Below are positions 40,341-55,446 of a stretch of 64,000 nucleotides of DNA, piece after piece; position 1 is the first letter of the stretch, and each line of letters opens with the position of its first letter. The notes under the pieces are model-generated. The model saw only the letters and a list, made by a program, of their open reading frames with translations. It was not told the DNA's origin and did no database searches. The position numbers and the translations under genes were made by a program. This stretch comes from Octopus vulgaris. Lineage: Eukaryota. The stretch is from NCBI GenBank assembly GCA_951406725.2, contig OX597839.1:18724001-18788000 (forward strand), given 5' to 3'.

Positions 40341-40888
40341 TTCTTAAAGAGTATCGACATAGGGGTTAGGAAAAGTAGTGAGACCCAAGTTATCAGAATT
40401 GGTAAATTTGGTGAGGGGATATTATGACAAAAAGACCTCTCAAGATAAGGAAAAAAACCCCTCAAATGAAGCTACATTACGATGACGCAAACAGGCCCCA
40501 CAAAGGCAAATAAAGCACACGCACATATACGTGGATTAGTGGACAGGGTATTAGTTCTCTCCTCTTAATCAGAATATTCACCCTCTCTGTGATCTCATAG
40601 TAGTAACTCCCCCTCTCTCTCTCTCATCCTCTCTTACTCCGTAAGCATTTATAAGCAGATCTAATTTCCAGTCAAGTAACAAAGTTTAAATATGCTATAG
40701 AATGTTTCTTTGCTTTGAAATCTGTTTCTGCTATAAAAACAGTGGACTCGGAGAAGAGTGAACGTGCAGCATCTTATAGGTTCTTTGGAGCTATTAAACT
40801 GAGGTGTATGTTTAGTTCGGAAAATATTTCGATACATAGAAATGATTACCTTCGGAACGACCGAGCGACCTACCTACATACATACATA

Positions 40889-41190
40889 GTTTGTTCCTTC
40901 TCAAGCCATCCCTGGCTCATAAGGGCCGGTTTCCCGGTTTCTTGGCGTATAGGTTCCCCACCTAGACGGGACGCCGGTCCGATTGAGGTGAGCTGCAAGA
41001 TGCAGGAGGAAAGAGGGAGAGAAAGTTGTGGCGAAAGAGTCAGCAGAAGTTTTGCCATTATCTTCTGCCGGAGCCGCGTGGAGCTTAGGTGTTTCGCTCA
41101 TCAACACACGCATCGCCCGGTCTGAGATTCGAACCCGCGATCTCTTGACCGCGAGTCCGTTGCTCTAACCACTAGGCCATGTACCTCCAC
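40889..41190 (-). mobile_element. SINE-D, full length
   Basis: Minus strand gtggaggtacaTGGCCTAGTGGttagagc...GGTTCGAATCtc, tail ...gaaaccgggaaaccggcccttatgagccagggatggcttgagaaggaacaaac. Confidence 0.85.
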
Positions 41191-41924
41191 TATGTTATGA
41201 ATAACGAGGGGAAAATATTTTGATTTGAATATATAAATTACGATCAAAGAAACACGTTTCTTTCTCATCTTGAAAGGCGACAAGATTTTCTTTTCGATCA
41301 AATACGAACCAAAAGGCCAACATCAAGCGCAAACTATACATGGAAGAAAGAAGAGACCAGAACACTTTTGGTTGCTCTGTCATTGACTGGCCCTACGTCG
41401 GTTGCGACGACGACGAGGGAGCTATTTGATCTCATCAACGGAACAGTGTGTGTGTGTGTGTGTGTGTGTGTATTTTAGTGTGTTTACGTAACTTAGCGAT
41501 TCGGCAAAAGAGACGAATAGAATAAGACCTAAAAAGAAAAAGAAAGAAAACAAGTTGTGGAGTGGATTTGTTCGACGAAAACCTTTCAAGGCAGTGCCTC
41601 AGCATGGCCGCAGTAGAAGTAAACCTGACCATTTTCCCTGTTCTCGACAACCGATTTGTACTCGTCAACTGCGCATTCCCCTCCTGGGACACAACGATGG
41701 AACAGCCTCTCAATATGCAGTCGGTTGACTTGCTAAAAGTAGCGACCAAATTCCTCTGAAATCCCGCCCTACTCTCTTAAATAAGGAAAGAAAATATTTG
41801 AAAATGAAATCTTAGAGACTACATTGAAAAAAAAAATAGACGTGATGGTCACGGCTGGAATGCTTTTGCTCATAGTTTTGCTTGGTTACTGTTATCTTAG
41901 AGATAAACAGCCACACTGAAAGCT

Positions 41925-42660
41925 ACTACTATTATCACTACCACTACGAGCATTCCCGATGCCAACACCGCCGTCACTACTACAACCGCCACAACCACCA
42001 CCACCACTACTACAACAGCAAGTACCAATGCAACTATCACCACCACAACAGCAAGTACCAATACAACCAACACCACCACCACCTCATCCACCACCACAAC
42101 ACCATCATCACTATCACCTCCAGTACCACCACCACTATCACCACTACCACCACCACCATGACAATAACCAGTGTAACCACAACTACCTCCAACAGCACAA
42201 CCACAACTACCACCACCAACTCCACAACTACCACCACCATCACTACTAATACCACCACCAAAACCACCACCACTATAACTACAACCGCAACCAACACTGA
42301 CACCACCACCACCACCATTGCCATAACCACTGCTAACAATACAACAGCAACAACCGCCACCACCACCACCACCACCACCACCATCATAGCTACGATCTCA
42401 GCTAACGCCAACACCGCCGCCATCACCATTAAGACTGTCACATCAACTATTACCAGCTACACAACTACCACAATAACCCCCGCCAACCACGACAACCACC
42501 ACCAACCGCCATCATCAATGTTATCGCAACCATCAGTGTTCACCACCGCCGCCACCACCATCAGTAGAAGTTCTGCCGATTCCGTCATCAACACTGAATG
42601 TTATCAACACCATTAAGAACCACCACCACCGCGAACATCATCACCATCATCATCCTCGTC
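41925..42660. repeat. Degenerate (ACC)n/(ACT)n trinucleotide tract
   Basis: Directly visible; yields the poly-T/H/V ORFs. Confidence 0.9.
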
Positions 42661-42978
42661 ACCGCCGTCGCCACAAGTGTCGAAGATCAGGAATATACAA
42701 TGACATTGGACATTTATAATGTTGGAAACGTCACTGGAGCATGTATACATGTACCTTGGATGACGAATACATTTGTGCGTGTATGCAAGTATTTGTGTAT
42801 ACATGCATATAATCTATAAATAATATATACATGTATAATATATATATACATATATATACATGCATATATATATATATATATATATGTAATGTATATAATA
42901 TATATGCATATATATATAATGGATACATATAAATACGCAAATCTTTATGTATGTTAATATGCATGTGTGAACGTATGC

Positions 42979-43031
<53 letters not shown>

Positions 43032-43042
43032 AAACTTACTTG

Positions 43043-43101
<59 letters not shown>

Positions 43102-43364
43102 GTATATAATATATATGCATACATGTAAACGCGCAAATCTTTATGTACGTTAATATGCATGTGTGAACGTATGTGCATGTATGTATATATACATTATTTG
43201 TATGTACATTTATATTTGTACATTTGTATAGAAACACACCCATATCCACATATACAGACATACATACAAATAGCACACACATATATATATATATATATAT
43301 AATTATAGAGATATATCCATACATATAACACACAAACACACACATATGGCTTCGTAACACACAC

Positions 43365-43509
43365 CGCCTCAGCACTTATCTGTGTGGTGTCAGATAGCTT
43401 CGGTGTATCAATCATCGGTTTGACAGTAACAACTAATCGATGCATGAAATCGGCCACAAAATGTCGTCAAGCTTCTCAAATGGAAACACTGGGTCGTTGT
43501 GCTCGGAAG
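43365..43509 (-). CDS. Candidate internal exon (145 nt), one base short of frame continuity
   Basis: Strong acceptor ctcatctctttctcccgtatcacttcAG, donor GTGTGT. Reads (A)SEHNDPVFPFEKLDDI and then, in the shifted frame, FVADFMHRLVVTVKPMIDTPKLSDTTQISAEA. Confidence 0.38.
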
Positions 43510-43537
43510 CTGAAGTGATACGGGAGAAAGAGATGAG

Positions 43538-43600
<63 letters not shown>

Positions 43601-43603
43601 CAG

Positions 43604-43644
<41 letters not shown>

Positions 43645-43739
43645 GTATACATACATACATACATATTATATATATATATATATATACATATACATACCTA
43701 TCAATCTATTTCGCGCACTCTATGCATCGCACTTCTTAT

Positions 43740-43771
<32 letters not shown>

Positions 43772-43914
43772 TTATATGTATATATTTATATATATATATA
43801 TATATATATATTTACACACAGATAAACACACATACACACATTTATATACATACATGCATGTTTCCTTATGTCGAACGAATAAGAGACCAGTGTTCGATAT
43901 ATGCTGTAAAGGTG

Positions 43915-44150
43915 GGCGGTGAGCTGGCAGAACCGTTAGCACGCCGGGCGAAATGCCCAGCGGTATTTCGTCTGCTGTTACGTTCTGAGTTCAAATTCCA
44001 CTGAGGTCGACTTTGCCTTTCATCCTTTCGGGGGTCGATTAAATATGTACTAGTTACGCACTGGAGTCGATATAATCGACTTAATCCGTTTATCTGTCCT
44101 TGTTTGTGCTCTCTGTGTTTAGCCCCTTGTGGGTAGTAAAGAAATAGGTA
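43915..44150 (+). mobile_element. SINE-A monomer ending in the Tx1-type tail; followed by a minus-strand SINE-C head (44150-44322)
   Basis: Ends gccccttgtgggtagtaaagaaataggta. Confidence 0.88.
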
Positions 44151-44329
44151 TACAGCTTGGCACCAGTGACTTCGAAACTCATTTCTGCAGCTGAGTGAAG
44201 TGGAGCAACGTGAAATAAAGTGACCTGCTCAAGAACACAACACGCAGCCCGGTCCGGGATTCGAACTCACAATCCTACCTTTGTAAGCCTGACGGTTTAA
44301 CCACTGAGCCATGCGTCTTCACCCACACA

Positions 44330-44684
44330 CAAATTTGAGGTTTGTTCATATATGTTTGTGATGTATTTTAACTTATAAAAGATATTTCACTGCAGTTCAA
44401 CTTGTAGAAAAAAATCTTGCTTATATTACAAGTGAAATTACGCCATTATCAGCTCGGTGGCGCCCACGAATCAGCCCAGGGTTACCTCTCTTTGATATCC
44501 TCTTCTGAGGAAGACATAACGAGACAGAAATGCATCTAGGGGACTAGAGAGGGCGCCACTGAGCTGATAACGATGTATTTACACCTTCACCAGAAGGGAG
44601 AACTTTTTCTTCAGGGAAACTGCGTTGAAATTGCGTCTAGAAGTTAAAATACATCACAAACGTATTTAAACTAACCAAACGTTT
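44330..44684. mobile_element. Palindromic element (MITE-like, imperfect arms of about 135 bp)
   Basis: Arm pairs tgtttgtgatgtattttaactt / aagttaaaatacatcacaaacg and ttatcagctcggtggcgccc / gggcgccactgagctgataa. Confidence 0.8.
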
Positions 44685-44862
44685 GTTTACTTCATATCAC
44701 CGCTTACTGTATGATAAGAAGCTAGCTTGCCAACCACATAGTTCCGGGTTCAGTCCCACTGTGTGGCATCTTGGGCAAGTGTCTCCTACTATAGCCTCGG
44801 GCCGATCAAAGCCCAGAGAGTGGGTTTGGTAGACGGAAACTGAAAGAAGCCAATCGTGTGTA

Positions 44863-44909
<47 letters not shown>

Positions 44910-44913
<4 letters not shown>

Positions 44914-45110
44914 GTAATCCAAACATGAAAACACAAAGAGAAAACACAATAACGCGAGGACGTGGAACAAGTATAGTATTATTGGACGCTCAGGAAAGGA
45001 AAGAAAGAAGGAGAATTTAACGTTTCGAGCGGAGCTCTTCGTCAGAAACATAGGAAAAGGAAAGATCCAAGAGAAGACGGAGGAAAAAAAATCGCCAACG
45101 ATACACACGC
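44910..45110 (-). mobile_element. Penelope-like terminal fragment carrying a hammerhead-like motif (45016-45048)
   Basis: Minus strand UUU-CUGACGA-a-GAGC-ucc-GCUC-GAAA-CG-UU-AAA. Confidence 0.55.
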
Positions 45111-45332
45111 GAAAGGATAAAAGGCAAAGTCGACCTCGGCGGAATTTGAACTCAGAACGTAACGGCAGACGAAATACCGCTAGGCATTTCGCCCGGCGTG
45201 CTAACGTTTCTGCCAGATCGCCGCCCTCGTGAAGTCCCATATTACCGTAGGTGTGTAGAATAGGGATTCTTGTTGATCCGGCAGTTTAAAGGATGTTACT
45301 CTCTCTCTCGAGAATTCTTTAGATATATAGCC

Positions 45333-45680
45333 TTTTATTCTTTTACATGTTTCAGTTATTTGACAGTGGCCATGCTGGAGCACCGCTTTGAAGGGTTTTA
45401 AGTTAAAGAAATCGAACTCTATTCTTTATAAGCCTAGTACTTATTGTATCAGTCTCTTCTGCCGAACCGCTAAGTTACGTGGACGTAAACACACCAGCAT
45501 CGGTTGTCAAGTGAGGGTGGGGAGGACAAACAGAGACACAAAGACAGACAGACACACGACAAGCGACGAGCTTCTTTCAGTTTCCATCTACCAGATCCAT
45601 TCACAAAGCTTTGGTGAGTCTGAGGTTACAGCAGAAGAAACTTACCCGATGTGTCACGCAGTGGGACTGAATCCGGAACT
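45333..45680 (-). mobile_element. SINE-B (diverged)
   Basis: Matches the SINE-B body and tail. Confidence 0.8.
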
Positions 45681-46124
45681 ACGTCATTGGGCTCCGTACG
45701 ACTTGCAGTTTCGCGGGCCTCTAACACAAATTAGTCTCTTTTAGACTGCATTCATCAGAATATTCTATGTATGTATGTATGTATGTATGTATGTATGTAT
45801 GTATGTATGTATGTGTATATGTATGTGTACGTATGCATGCACGTACGTATGCTTGCATGTACGTATGTGTACGTATGTATGTATGTGTATATGCATGTAT
45901 ATATGTTACGTATGTGTGTATGTATGAGTGTATGTATATACGTATGTGTGTGTGTGTGTGTGTAGGGATGTATGTGTGTGTGTGTATGTTTATGGATGTA
46001 TGTATGTGTGAATATATGTACGTATGTATGTACGTTACGTACATATGTGTGTGTGTCTGTATTTATGTATGTACGTACATGTGTGTCAGTCTGTATGTAT
46101 GTATATATATGTGTGTATGTGTGT

Positions 46125-46452
46125 CATTATTCAGTTTTATTTCAAGCTAGTTTCTAACCCAGATCCAAGACTCCTTCGCTGGAATTTCAACATCAACAGA
46201 GTATTCCTGCATGTGTGCATGTATGTGCAGTATTTGGAGTCCGTGCATGTGCAGATTTGGATCTATTGTTTGTATGTGTGTGTGTGTGTGTGTATTCTCT
46301 TGCATATAATTACAAGTCTAGACAAGTGCATACAAATTGATAAACTTCTGGAAAGCTCTACAATTTTTTTTACACTTCCAGCGATGGCTTCGGTCTGTAA
46401 TCGTCGAATCAACTTTCTCCTTTCTGGTTTTGAGAAACCGAATTTCTCAAAA
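46125..46452 (-). mobile_element. RLE-type (R4/Dong-like) LINE extreme 3' end
   Basis: Minus translation FEKFGFSKPERRKLIRRLQTEAIAGSVKKIV, then a UTR ending gaAATAAAactgaataat. Confidence 0.5.
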
Positions 46453-46605
46453 CTACTATTACTACTACTATTATTATTGCAGCTACAACTACTACTACTC
46501 CTACTACTACCGTTGCTACTACTACTACTACTAACATCACCGTTGCTACTACTACTGCCGCCACCACCGTTGCTACAACAACTACTACCACCACTACCAC
46601 CGATG

Positions 46606-46651
<46 letters not shown>

Positions 46652-46755
46652 CGTTGCTACTACCACTGCCGCCACCACCGTTGCTACAACAACTACTACC
46701 ACCACTACCACCGATGCTACTACTACTACCACCACCACCGTTGCTACTACTACTA

Positions 46756-46801
<46 letters not shown>

Positions 46802-47049
46802 AATTGTTGCTGTTGTTGGTCGATATTTTTGTAATGGGTGAATTTCCGTTTAGCAAGAACGATTCTTATCTTATCTAGTTTCCCCGAGAATGTTCTAATG
46901 GCTTCTATTTTATATAAATGATGTCTGTTGTTAATTTGTTCTGAAACGCCAACTGCGCATGCGCAGCTCACATTCAGAACAAACTTTTAACAAAGATGCT
47001 ATCACCAGATCATGCTGCTTGAAACATTGTTCTCCAGTCTCTTTTATTT

Positions 47050-47722
47050 ACATCATCATCATCATCATCATCATCATTATTATCGATACCATCATCATTA
47101 TTCATTATCTTTACCGTCGCCATCATCATCATCGTCGTCCTGTTTATGGTGATGATGATGTGTATCATCATCAGCAGGATACATCATCATCATCATCATT
47201 GCAATTTGCACCCCCCACCCAGTATGTACATTATTGTCAGTAGCAGCAGGTGGCATCATGATGACAATGACGCCGACGATGATGATGATGGTGATGACGA
47301 TGAAGATGATGATGATGATGATGATGATGATGATCGTGATGATTAGGATAATGATGATGACGACGACAACGAGTACATCGATGACTGCGACGGTGATATT
47401 GATGACGATGACAATGAAAGTGATGAGGATGATTATGACACTGAAGATGATGATAGTGAAGATGATGGTGATGATGATAATGGTAACTAGGAAGATGATG
47501 ATGATGAAGATGTTGAGGACGAAGACGAGGATGATGATGATGATGTTCATCCTCCTCTTCATCCACCTCATCGTCCACAATCATCACCAAAACCCATCAT
47601 CTTCACCATCAGCCTCTTTCGACCCACAAACACTATTGAGATTATCAAAAGTATCATGAGGATGATGGATACCATCACCATCATCATCATCAATACCACC
47701 ACCACCACCATTATCATCATCG
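47050..47722. repeat. (CAT)n/(GAT)n tracts in alternating orientation
   Basis: Directly visible. Confidence 0.9.
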
Positions 47723-47964
47723 TGTAGCAACATCGGTTGTCAAGTGATGGTGCTGGTCATAAATCAGAGACACGCTCACATAAATATATACACATATAGA
47801 GACACACACACACATATATACGACGGACTTCTTTCAGTTTTCGTCTACCAAATCCACCCACAAGGCTTTCGTCGGCCATGCATACCGTAGAAGACACTTG
47901 CCCACGCAGTGGGACTGAACCCGGAACCATGTGGTTCGTAAGCAAGCTACTTACCACTCCTACG

Positions 47965-47997
<33 letters not shown>

Positions 47998-47999
<2 letters not shown>

Positions 48000-48163
48000 C
48001 CCAATCGTCCTCCTGAAATCGTAACTCCACCGTCGTGGAGGTCTTCCGGGTTTGGGATCAAGTGGATGAGAAAGGCACGATCCAGAGAGGAGTGGACAGC
48101 GTGCTGTGACCAGCGGTGTCAAATGGACGCCTGACGGACTGGTCGGTCAAGGTGATCAAGGTG

Positions 48164-48165
<2 letters not shown>
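47998..48165 (+). mobile_element. RTE-clade LINE 3' end with an inverted 5' segment
   Basis: Minus part PKPGRPPRRWSYDFRRTIG joins plus part IKWMRKARSREEWTACCDQRCQMDA*. Tail (caaggtgat)2; inserted in (TA)n. Confidence 0.85.
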
Positions 48166-48194
<29 letters not shown>

Positions 48195-48195
<1 letters not shown>

Positions 48196-48382
48196 CAGCG
48201 TGGAAGGTGTTTCTAAGCCATGTAAAAACACACAAAAACCGTTAGATTCACGGAATCTTTCCAGTGAACAGGTCGCGGTATCAAAGCGACGAAAATATTT
48301 CGACAAATAAAATTTAAATGTTGAAGTGAATCTAACGGTTTTTGTGTGTTTTTACATGGCTTATAAACACCTTCCACACTGC
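48195..48382. mobile_element. Young fold-back element/MITE with 57-bp arms
   Basis: 48195-48251 and 48326-48382 are reverse complements with 2 mismatches. Confidence 0.88.
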
Positions 48383-48462
48383 CATTGTTTTTGTTTCTGC
48401 ATACGATCTCAGATCAGGCCACTTGCTATGCAAGTACAACTCCGTAACACACGCACACACAC

Positions 48463-48655
48463 ACGAGAAGTACTGAAAAGTTATCGCGAAAGGCCCAACT
48501 TTCTGAGTTCTTTTTCAGGGCTTAGAAAAACTTAAGGACCGCTGCATTAAGTGTGAAAATCTGAGAGGGGAATATATTGAGTAAAATCGTAATCAATTGA
48601 TCCTCCTGTATTTTCTTTTACCCAAAGCTAGGAACTTTTCAGCACCAGATCATGT
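48463..48655 (+). mobile_element. Internally deleted mariner (DD34D type)
   Basis: TIR-like ctgaaaagtt / aacttttcag; encodes the mariner C-terminus LEKLKDRCIKCENLRGEYIE*. Confidence 0.8.
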
Positions 48656-48684
48656 GTATACATGTGTGCGAGTCTGTCTGTCTG

Positions 48685-49200
<516 letters not shown>

Positions 49201-49208
49201 AAGAGAGA

Positions 49209-49267
<59 letters not shown>

Positions 49268-49271
49268 TATT

Positions 49272-49607
49272 CTGAGACCTCCTTCGGTCACGACACAGAC
49301 CATGGGATTGCACCCAGAAGGTAACCCTCCAAGGCACAAGTCCATAATCGTTGTTTACTGAAGACCAGCAGTCGCCCATGCATACCGGCCTCCCCTCTCC
49401 ACGCCACCAGTATTATCCAAGGGAAAGACAAAGGCCGATACGGCTTGGCACCTGTGACGTCGCAACTCATTTCTACAGCTGAGTGAACTGGAGCAACGTG
49501 AAATAAAGTGTCTTGCTGAAGAACACAACACGCAGCCCGGTCCGGGATTCTAGCTCACAACCTCACGATCGTAAGCTCGACGCTCTAACCACTGAGCCAT
49601 GCGCCTT
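49272..49607 (-). mobile_element. SINE-C, full length
   Basis: Minus strand aaggcgcaTGGCTCAGTGGttagagcg...gagctagaatccc...gcaagacactttatttcacgttgctccag...gaccgaaggaggtctca. Confidence 0.88.
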
Positions 49608-49613
49608 AACACT

Positions 49614-49649
<36 letters not shown>

Positions 49650-49708
49650 CATATATGTTTGTTTTCCACCTGCCTTCGTCTTTTGTCTATTTTCATAAAG
49701 CTTCCCGT

Positions 49709-49746
<38 letters not shown>

Positions 49747-49833
49747 GAAAGATAGGTATGTAAATGAAGAGATCGATAAACAAATATAGAATAGAGAAAA
49801 ATAGATAAACGGAGAGACAGACAGACAGACAGT

Positions 49834-49897
<64 letters not shown>

Positions 49898-50749
49898 CAG
49901 ACGGCGAGGTAAAGACACAGATAAAATATATAGATATGTGAAAAGAGAAGTAAAGAAACATAGAATAGAACAGGATAGGTAGGTAGATAAATAGAGAAAC
50001 AGAGAGCTAGAATATATCGATAGATTAATAGATAGGTAAATTGAGATATGAAATAGATAGAAAGTTTGGCAGACAGATAGATAGATGTCAAATATTTTGT
50101 CTCGGACATTCGGTTCTGTAAGAAATATGGACATGACAAAGCGTTAAGTCAAAAGAAAATTGTGCATGAAGATAGGAACGATGGCTGGAGAATGATGTAT
50201 ATAAGATGCACAGAAGTGAGTGTCTGTAAGAGACAACAAGAGAGGGGTAAAAGGAGGAAAAAGCGAAGTGAGAGGGAAGGATTGAGAGCGAAGAGTAAGG
50301 TGAGTCTTAAGGAGAGAAAGCGAGTGTTAAGAAGAAGTGGTGAGTTGACAGATGCTGGAAGAATAGAACAATAAAACAGTTATCATAGATGAAGAAACGG
50401 GAGAAGAGAAGATAAAAAGAGTTATGGCGTCCTGCCATGAACATGAAAGGAATATGAAGGAATATGAGAGAATGTTAGGAGGAATGATGAAATTGCGAAG
50501 TGGTATTGTAAATTATGGCAGGGAAAAACGAAAACAATGAAATGGAAGGAACATATTGTGACATTTTGCAAAACAAAATATGAGGTAAAACAACACCTGA
50601 AATAAGTAAATAAATAAATAAAGCCATTGGAATCGCCTTATGTACAAAATGGCTGCGAGGAAAAGGCATAAGGATGTAGTGTAATGTAAAGAGATAAATT
50701 TGACGAAAAGATTATGTTTAAGGGAAGTCACAAAATTTGTAGCAGACGA

Positions 50750-53110
<2,361 letters not shown>

Positions 53111-53135
53111 CTAGAATAAAAAAACGAAATGAAAC

Positions 53136-53338
53136 CCTGCGCATCGAAAATATATTGTGGAATAGGATAATGTCGTCTGGTTTGTTTGTCAGTGAAAATA
53201 TTGTCGGCTGTCACTAAAGATGTCGGCTGCATTCTCGGGAAAAACATTATAATGTCAATTGAAAGTATCGAGCTGTCGATGTGCAGCGGTGCAGAATTGA
53301 AATAGTCGCTCTTTCGCGTTCGCAGGACCTTTTTCAAC
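53136..53338 (-). CDS. Candidate internal exon (203 nt, phase 2 to 1), unidentified protein
   Basis: aatAG acceptor, weak donor GTTTCA. 67 open codons of normal complexity, LKKVLRTRKSDYFNSAPLHIDSSILSIDIIMFFPRMQPTSLVTADNIFTDKQTRRHYPIPQYIFDAQ, ending exactly where low-complexity DNA begins. Confidence 0.45.
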
Positions 53339-54528
53339 CTATTGTGTCACGGCTAATTTCATAAACTAAGTTGGTTACAAGAAGAAGAAAAATTATGAGA
53401 AAATAAAAAAAAGGAGAAAATGATAATAAAAGCAAACAAGAAACGACAAAAATGGTAACTCTAGAATTGAGAAATTGGTAATTGCTTGTTCATCATTATT
53501 TCCTGGTCTTGTATGAATGTGTGTACGTATATGTGTGTGTAAATGTATGGATGTGGATGTAATTATACATACACACATATGTAATTACATGTGTGTGTAT
53601 ATTATTCGTGTATCTCTCCCTATATTCTTGCGTATGTGTACATACACACACATATATGTAGGTATTTGTATATGTAATTATGCCTATCCTGATACACACA
53701 TGTGTGCGTATATATATATTTAAAAAGATTGCATATAGAGAAAGTGTATATACAGACACATATATTATAAACATACATTATAACTACACACACACGTATG
53801 TGAGTGTCTATATATATGTGAGTGTAAGTGTAAAATGAATATATATATATATAGAAAGCATAGATACATATGTATATTATGTCGATACAGATACACACAT
53901 ATGTGTATGTGTGTGTGCATATATATATATATATATGCAGATACATATATATTTTCATACTAAAACACGTAGGCGTGCACAAGTTTTATATATATACATA
54001 TGTGTGAGTCTGTGTGTGCATGTATGCAGATTTATACACACACACGCACACACATATGTATATATATATATATATATAAAATGAAGCTAACAAAACAACC
54101 AAACACAATATCACATAACTCATTGCGCCATAGATTCTCCTGCAAAAGAGAGGTGTCAGTAATACTGCAATATATTATACAGTCGGCCGGCTTTTGATTT
54201 TGAATATGTCGATATGGAGGATGCTTTTTTCTGTTTCATAGTCACACACAAAATCATAAACACACACACGTTTATACGAATCTGGGTGTATGTATGTGAG
54301 TATGCATGCGTGTTTTTGAAACAAATTTCTCCAAAACAAGCTCAATGGCGTTAAAATGTATAAATATATAAATAATATTAAATCAAAAAAAAAGAAAATA
54401 ATAATAATAATTGACCAGATACATATGATACCATAAGCATTGATTTTTTAGAATAAAAGCACAAGGCTACAAAAACATTTGATCTATCTGCCCATCCAGA
54501 CATCCATCCACCCATTCTATTAATCTAT

Positions 54529-54578
<50 letters not shown>

Positions 54579-54705
54579 CATTCACCCAAGCTCTATATTT
54601 GTATTTGTCCCCTGTGTTCAGCCCTGTGTGGCCAATAAAATTATCCATCCATCTATCTATCCATATCCCTGTCTGTCTATCTATCCATTCCCCTAAATAT
54701 CTATC

Positions 54706-54817
<112 letters not shown>

Positions 54818-54820
54818 CCC

Positions 54821-54906
<86 letters not shown>

Positions 54907-55188
54907 CCTTATCTATTCATCCATCCATCCATCCATCCATATCTCAAACACAGTTTCGAAATATTTATTTCTAGAAACAAAATAAAATGAACTGATGCAT
55001 CTAAACACTTAATCTATAATTTAGAAGAGATGCATTGTGCAGTTTTTAATAATTTAACTCATTTGTGCATCGTACTAATGAGTAGTGTCCACAAAAAAAA
55101 ATGGTTTAATGAGAAGTGTCTATTTACTTTGAAGGCATATGTGGTGTGTGACTATATGTGTGTGTGCGTATACAAATATATGTGTATA

Positions 55189-55242
<54 letters not shown>

Positions 55243-55392
55243 ATATATATATAAAAGGAAATGAAGAAAATGCTGACAAAATAATTTAAGTAATTTAAGT
55301 AATAATTTAAGCATTACTTAAATTATTTTGTCAGAATTTTTTTCATTTCCTTTTTATATATCACAACTCGTGTTCCACATCTCCTTTTTTAG

Positions 55393-55446
<54 letters not shown>

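Noticed and set aside
41882-42616. Mucin-like or His-rich 244-aa ORF
   Set aside because: Degenerate (ACC)n tract open in several frames, with no splice or start support.
49530-49607. tRNA gene (also 41110-41190 and 2940-3005)
   Set aside because: A and B boxes are present, but the sequence continues into a multi-copy SINE body and lacks a proper acceptor stem.
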